Below are positions 62,300-64,000 of a stretch of 64,000 nucleotides of DNA, one piece after another. The notes below the pieces were generated by a model. That model was not told the origin of the DNA, did no database searches, and was given only the letters and a program-made list of their open reading frames with translations. Numbering within the stretch: position 1 is the first letter of the stretch; every line of letters starts with the position of its first letter. Location of the stretch: NCBI GenBank assembly GCA_000388065.2, contig KB932203.1. One strand, given 5' to 3'. The translations under genes were made by a program, and so were the position numbers. Source of the stretch: Fonticula alba ATCC 38817. Lineage: Eukaryota; Protista; Nucleariida.

Positions 62300-64000
62300 T
62301 GCCGCTTATTGTGGCGGAGTGCGTGCTGCGGGGGTGCAGAGGGCAGCGTGTGCGAAGGGCCGCAATTGCGATGGGTGGTCAGTACTGATCTTGTCAGCAG
62401 GGTGCGATCGGTGGAGAGAAAGGAGAAGAGGGCCGGCGGGAGAGGGAGGGTGAGGTACAGGGGAGAGATCTTACATGGTAAGTACGGAGGCGCGCGTGTC
62501 AGGGATGGGACGGGATGGAGAAGACGAGGACTCGGGGGAGGGGGGGCGGGGGGGGGGGGGGAGGAGGAGGGAGTCTCAGGCTAGCACTGAGCCCGACGCT
62601 GAGGGCCGTCTCAAGGGCAGACGCCTTGGCTTTGTCCAGGTCGGCCACTAGCCGGGCGGTGCTGCCCGAGGGCCCTGCCGCCGCGGTGCTACTCCTCCAG
62701 CACGCAGCTGGGTGCCTCCGTCCTTGATGGAAGGCGTACCTACTGCATACGAGGGAGGGGATATGTTATCTGGACCCCAGCCAACACCTGTTGCGTTGCC
62801 GTCGAGCTGTGCCTTTCATTGTTCCCTCCCCCCTCCCATGCATCAACCGCGGAGGGAGGAAGAGGGTGAGAGCAGATCCACGGAAGAAGAAAGATGGCGA
62901 GCGCGGTTACACACATACGTACGGACGCATGCAGAAGCACAGGCTACCAGTAGGACGCCATGGCGGTAAGACGCAACATGCCCAACCTGGAGCCCACACT
63001 CACATTGCATGCGACCACTCCCAAGGGTTGCATGCATGGGACGTGGGCGTCCCGGAGCCTGGACTTGATACAAGTGGCCCGACCCCACGATCCCCACATT
63101 GGTGGCGAGACGCTCCGGGGGCACTTTCGATTTGAGACAATTCACTGCCCCCCCGCCCCCTAATTGCGCATTCTGCCCACGCCGCGGTGGAAGCTGTATG
63201 TAGCAGGATTTTCACGGATCCACTCTTACGTTGAAGGAGTGAGGCTTTGACGGAAGGTATACCGGAAATCTCACTACTGGTCAGGGGCCATTCTGGGCAT
63301 GAGGGACAGCACACCTAGCCAGGTGGGAATGAGGTTGCCTGTGCCAAGAGTACGAGATAACTCCACCAGAGGGTGAGCCAGCGGGCCAGCAAAAGAGAAG
63401 GAAATTCGTCTAACAAAAAGGGAGGTTTGAGAGGAAGCCTGAGAACACGGCTGGGCTGAGGCTTCAAGGGGATGCTCTCGCATGCGCTCGAATGCATTCA
63501 TCACAGGCAGGCTGCAAAGGTCTTCCCGCTCTCAGGAGGCTCCCCCGCAGGGAGTCTCCCTTTTTTGACCTCGAGGCGGTTGAGGAGGGTGGATCCGAGA
63601 ACTTGGCCTGTACACGCCCATCTCTATCCTTTCCGGGGCCACCCCGTACACTGGCCCTGTGTACTCTCGACGGCCTTCCGGCTGACGATCTTACCCGCTT
63701 TCCTCAGAAACAGGAATGCCATTCATGTGTGGTAAAGCCCCGCGCGAGGCCCGACCACGCGGGACCCGTAACTCAGCAAGGATTCAGTTTATAGGGGTTG
63801 GAGAGGCATCCTGCCCTCACGCGATAAGTCGTGTGATCGTCCCGCGATAGCTGGCCTCAAGGTCAGTCTGACAACAGACAGGCGCCCCGCCGCCCCCGCT
63901 CCAACCCGCTTGCTGGAATCCTTGCGAACTGGGGAGAACGGCTCTCTTCGCGCGCGCGCGGCCGTCGGGGATACACGGCAAGAAGGGGGGGGGGGGGGGG

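Noticed and set aside
62560-63500. Short minus-strand ORF fragments (e.g. ARLVADLDKAKASALETALS) upstream of the EFR3-like gene
   Set aside because: No consistent exon chain or recognisable domain; could be UTR or an unresolved small gene.

Overview
GC-rich, intron-rich eukaryotic genomic DNA with many N gaps. Short GT-AG introns (gtgcgt/gtatgt donors), CT/CA microsatellites and a huge furin-repeat receptor kinase suggest a Fonticula-like (nucleariid, Holomycota) protist; this is an inference, not a database result. Housekeeping genes: NDUFA1-like, RPL38, a TLDc protein, SIW14-like phosphatase, CAPZB, SNU114/EFTUD2, MRI1 and EFR3-like. Other genes: an F-box/UIM protein, a CD36/LIMP-2 family protein, a possible BAR-PH protein and a ~10 kb FG-GAP/furin-repeat/TM/non-RD kinase gene. 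RNA genes: one tRNA-His and three identical tRNA-Pro(CGG). The most striking object is a full-length Ty3/gypsy element (13573-18269, minus strand, ACGAA target-site duplication). It has a 14-nt primer-binding site complementary to its own LTR just downstream of a TATA box (Tf1-type self-priming). It has no polypurine tract; a long RNA hairpin places the 3' LTR boundary in a bulge instead. It sits 30 bp upstream of the tRNA-His gene, and its LTRs are identical where visible even though pol is decayed. An Illumina adapter remnant and duplications at gap edges show that the assembly contains artefacts.
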